A stretch of 64,000 bases of DNA. It comes from Candidatus Marinacidobacterales bacterium. GTDB taxonomy: Bacteria > Acidobacteriota > Vicinamibacteria > Marinacidobacterales > DATDRI01. A program made the translations under genes and the position numbers. The notes under the pieces were generated by a model. It made no database searches and was not told the DNA's origin. It saw nothing but the letters and a program-made list of their open reading frames with translations. The stretch spans positions 1,856,001-1,920,000 of the forward strand of contig OZ244742.1 in NCBI GenBank assembly GCA_965219415.1, given 5' to 3'. Positions 63,782 to 64,000 of the stretch are shown here, piece by piece; the first letter of the stretch is position 1; the number at the start of each line of letters is the position of its first letter.

Positions 63782-64000
63782 ATGATCAAGAGATCCCTAG
63801 CGATTCTGCCCAGTGTCGTACTCGTGTTGACGGCCTGCGCCTCCGATGCGCCAGAGCCCACTGGCGTGGTTATCGTCAATGCACGGGTAATCGATGGTAG
63901 CGGTGGCCCCTCCCGGGACGTGAACGTGCGCGTCGTGGGGGACCGCATTGCCAACGTTGGGAATTTTGAGGCGTCGGCAGAGGACACCCTTGTCGATGCA
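63782..64000 (+). CDS. Amidohydrolase (N-acyl-D-amino-acid deacylase-like) lipoprotein, partial at window end
   Basis: Read manually: MIKRSLAILPSVVLVLTAC..VIVNARVIDGSG..VRVVGDRIANVG. Confidence 0.75.
   Translation, partial: MIKRSLAILPSVVLVLTACASDAPEPTGVVIVNARVIDGSGGPSRDVNVRVVGDRIANVGNFEASAEDTLVDA

Overview
GC-rich bacterial chromosome segment. The gene repertoire (VWA-domain protein, Ser/Thr kinase-TPR, HEAT-cyclophilin, Na+-NQR) suggests a marine Acidobacteriota-like organism; this is inference, not a search result. Intact housekeeping blocks (surE-ubiD-metF-cyclophilin; tal/pgi-rpiA-rpe-glk; nqrABCDEF) alternate with eroded accessory DNA: IS3, IS30 and IS481 copies, many truncated or frameshifted genes, and integron attC remnants. 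The most notable region is 29.5-34.4 kb, just downstream of nqrF. The nqrF 3' end (ILFDDFG-stop) occurs three times, differing only at a synonymous site. It is associated with a tyrosine-integrase remnant and paired GGTAGCA arm-type repeats, which indicates tandem integration of related elements into nqrF. The same region holds three diverged copies of a ~230-nt non-coding sequence whose stems are retained while the sequence changes, a candidate undescribed structured RNA (or folded ssDNA). Also present are a second UbiD/UbiX catabolic cluster, a Tat-exported PLP enzyme next to a signal-peptide Rid protein, and a MacB-type ABC system paired with a ZnuA-like binding protein. No rRNA, tRNA or CRISPR array was recognised. 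All alignments and base pairings were done by eye.
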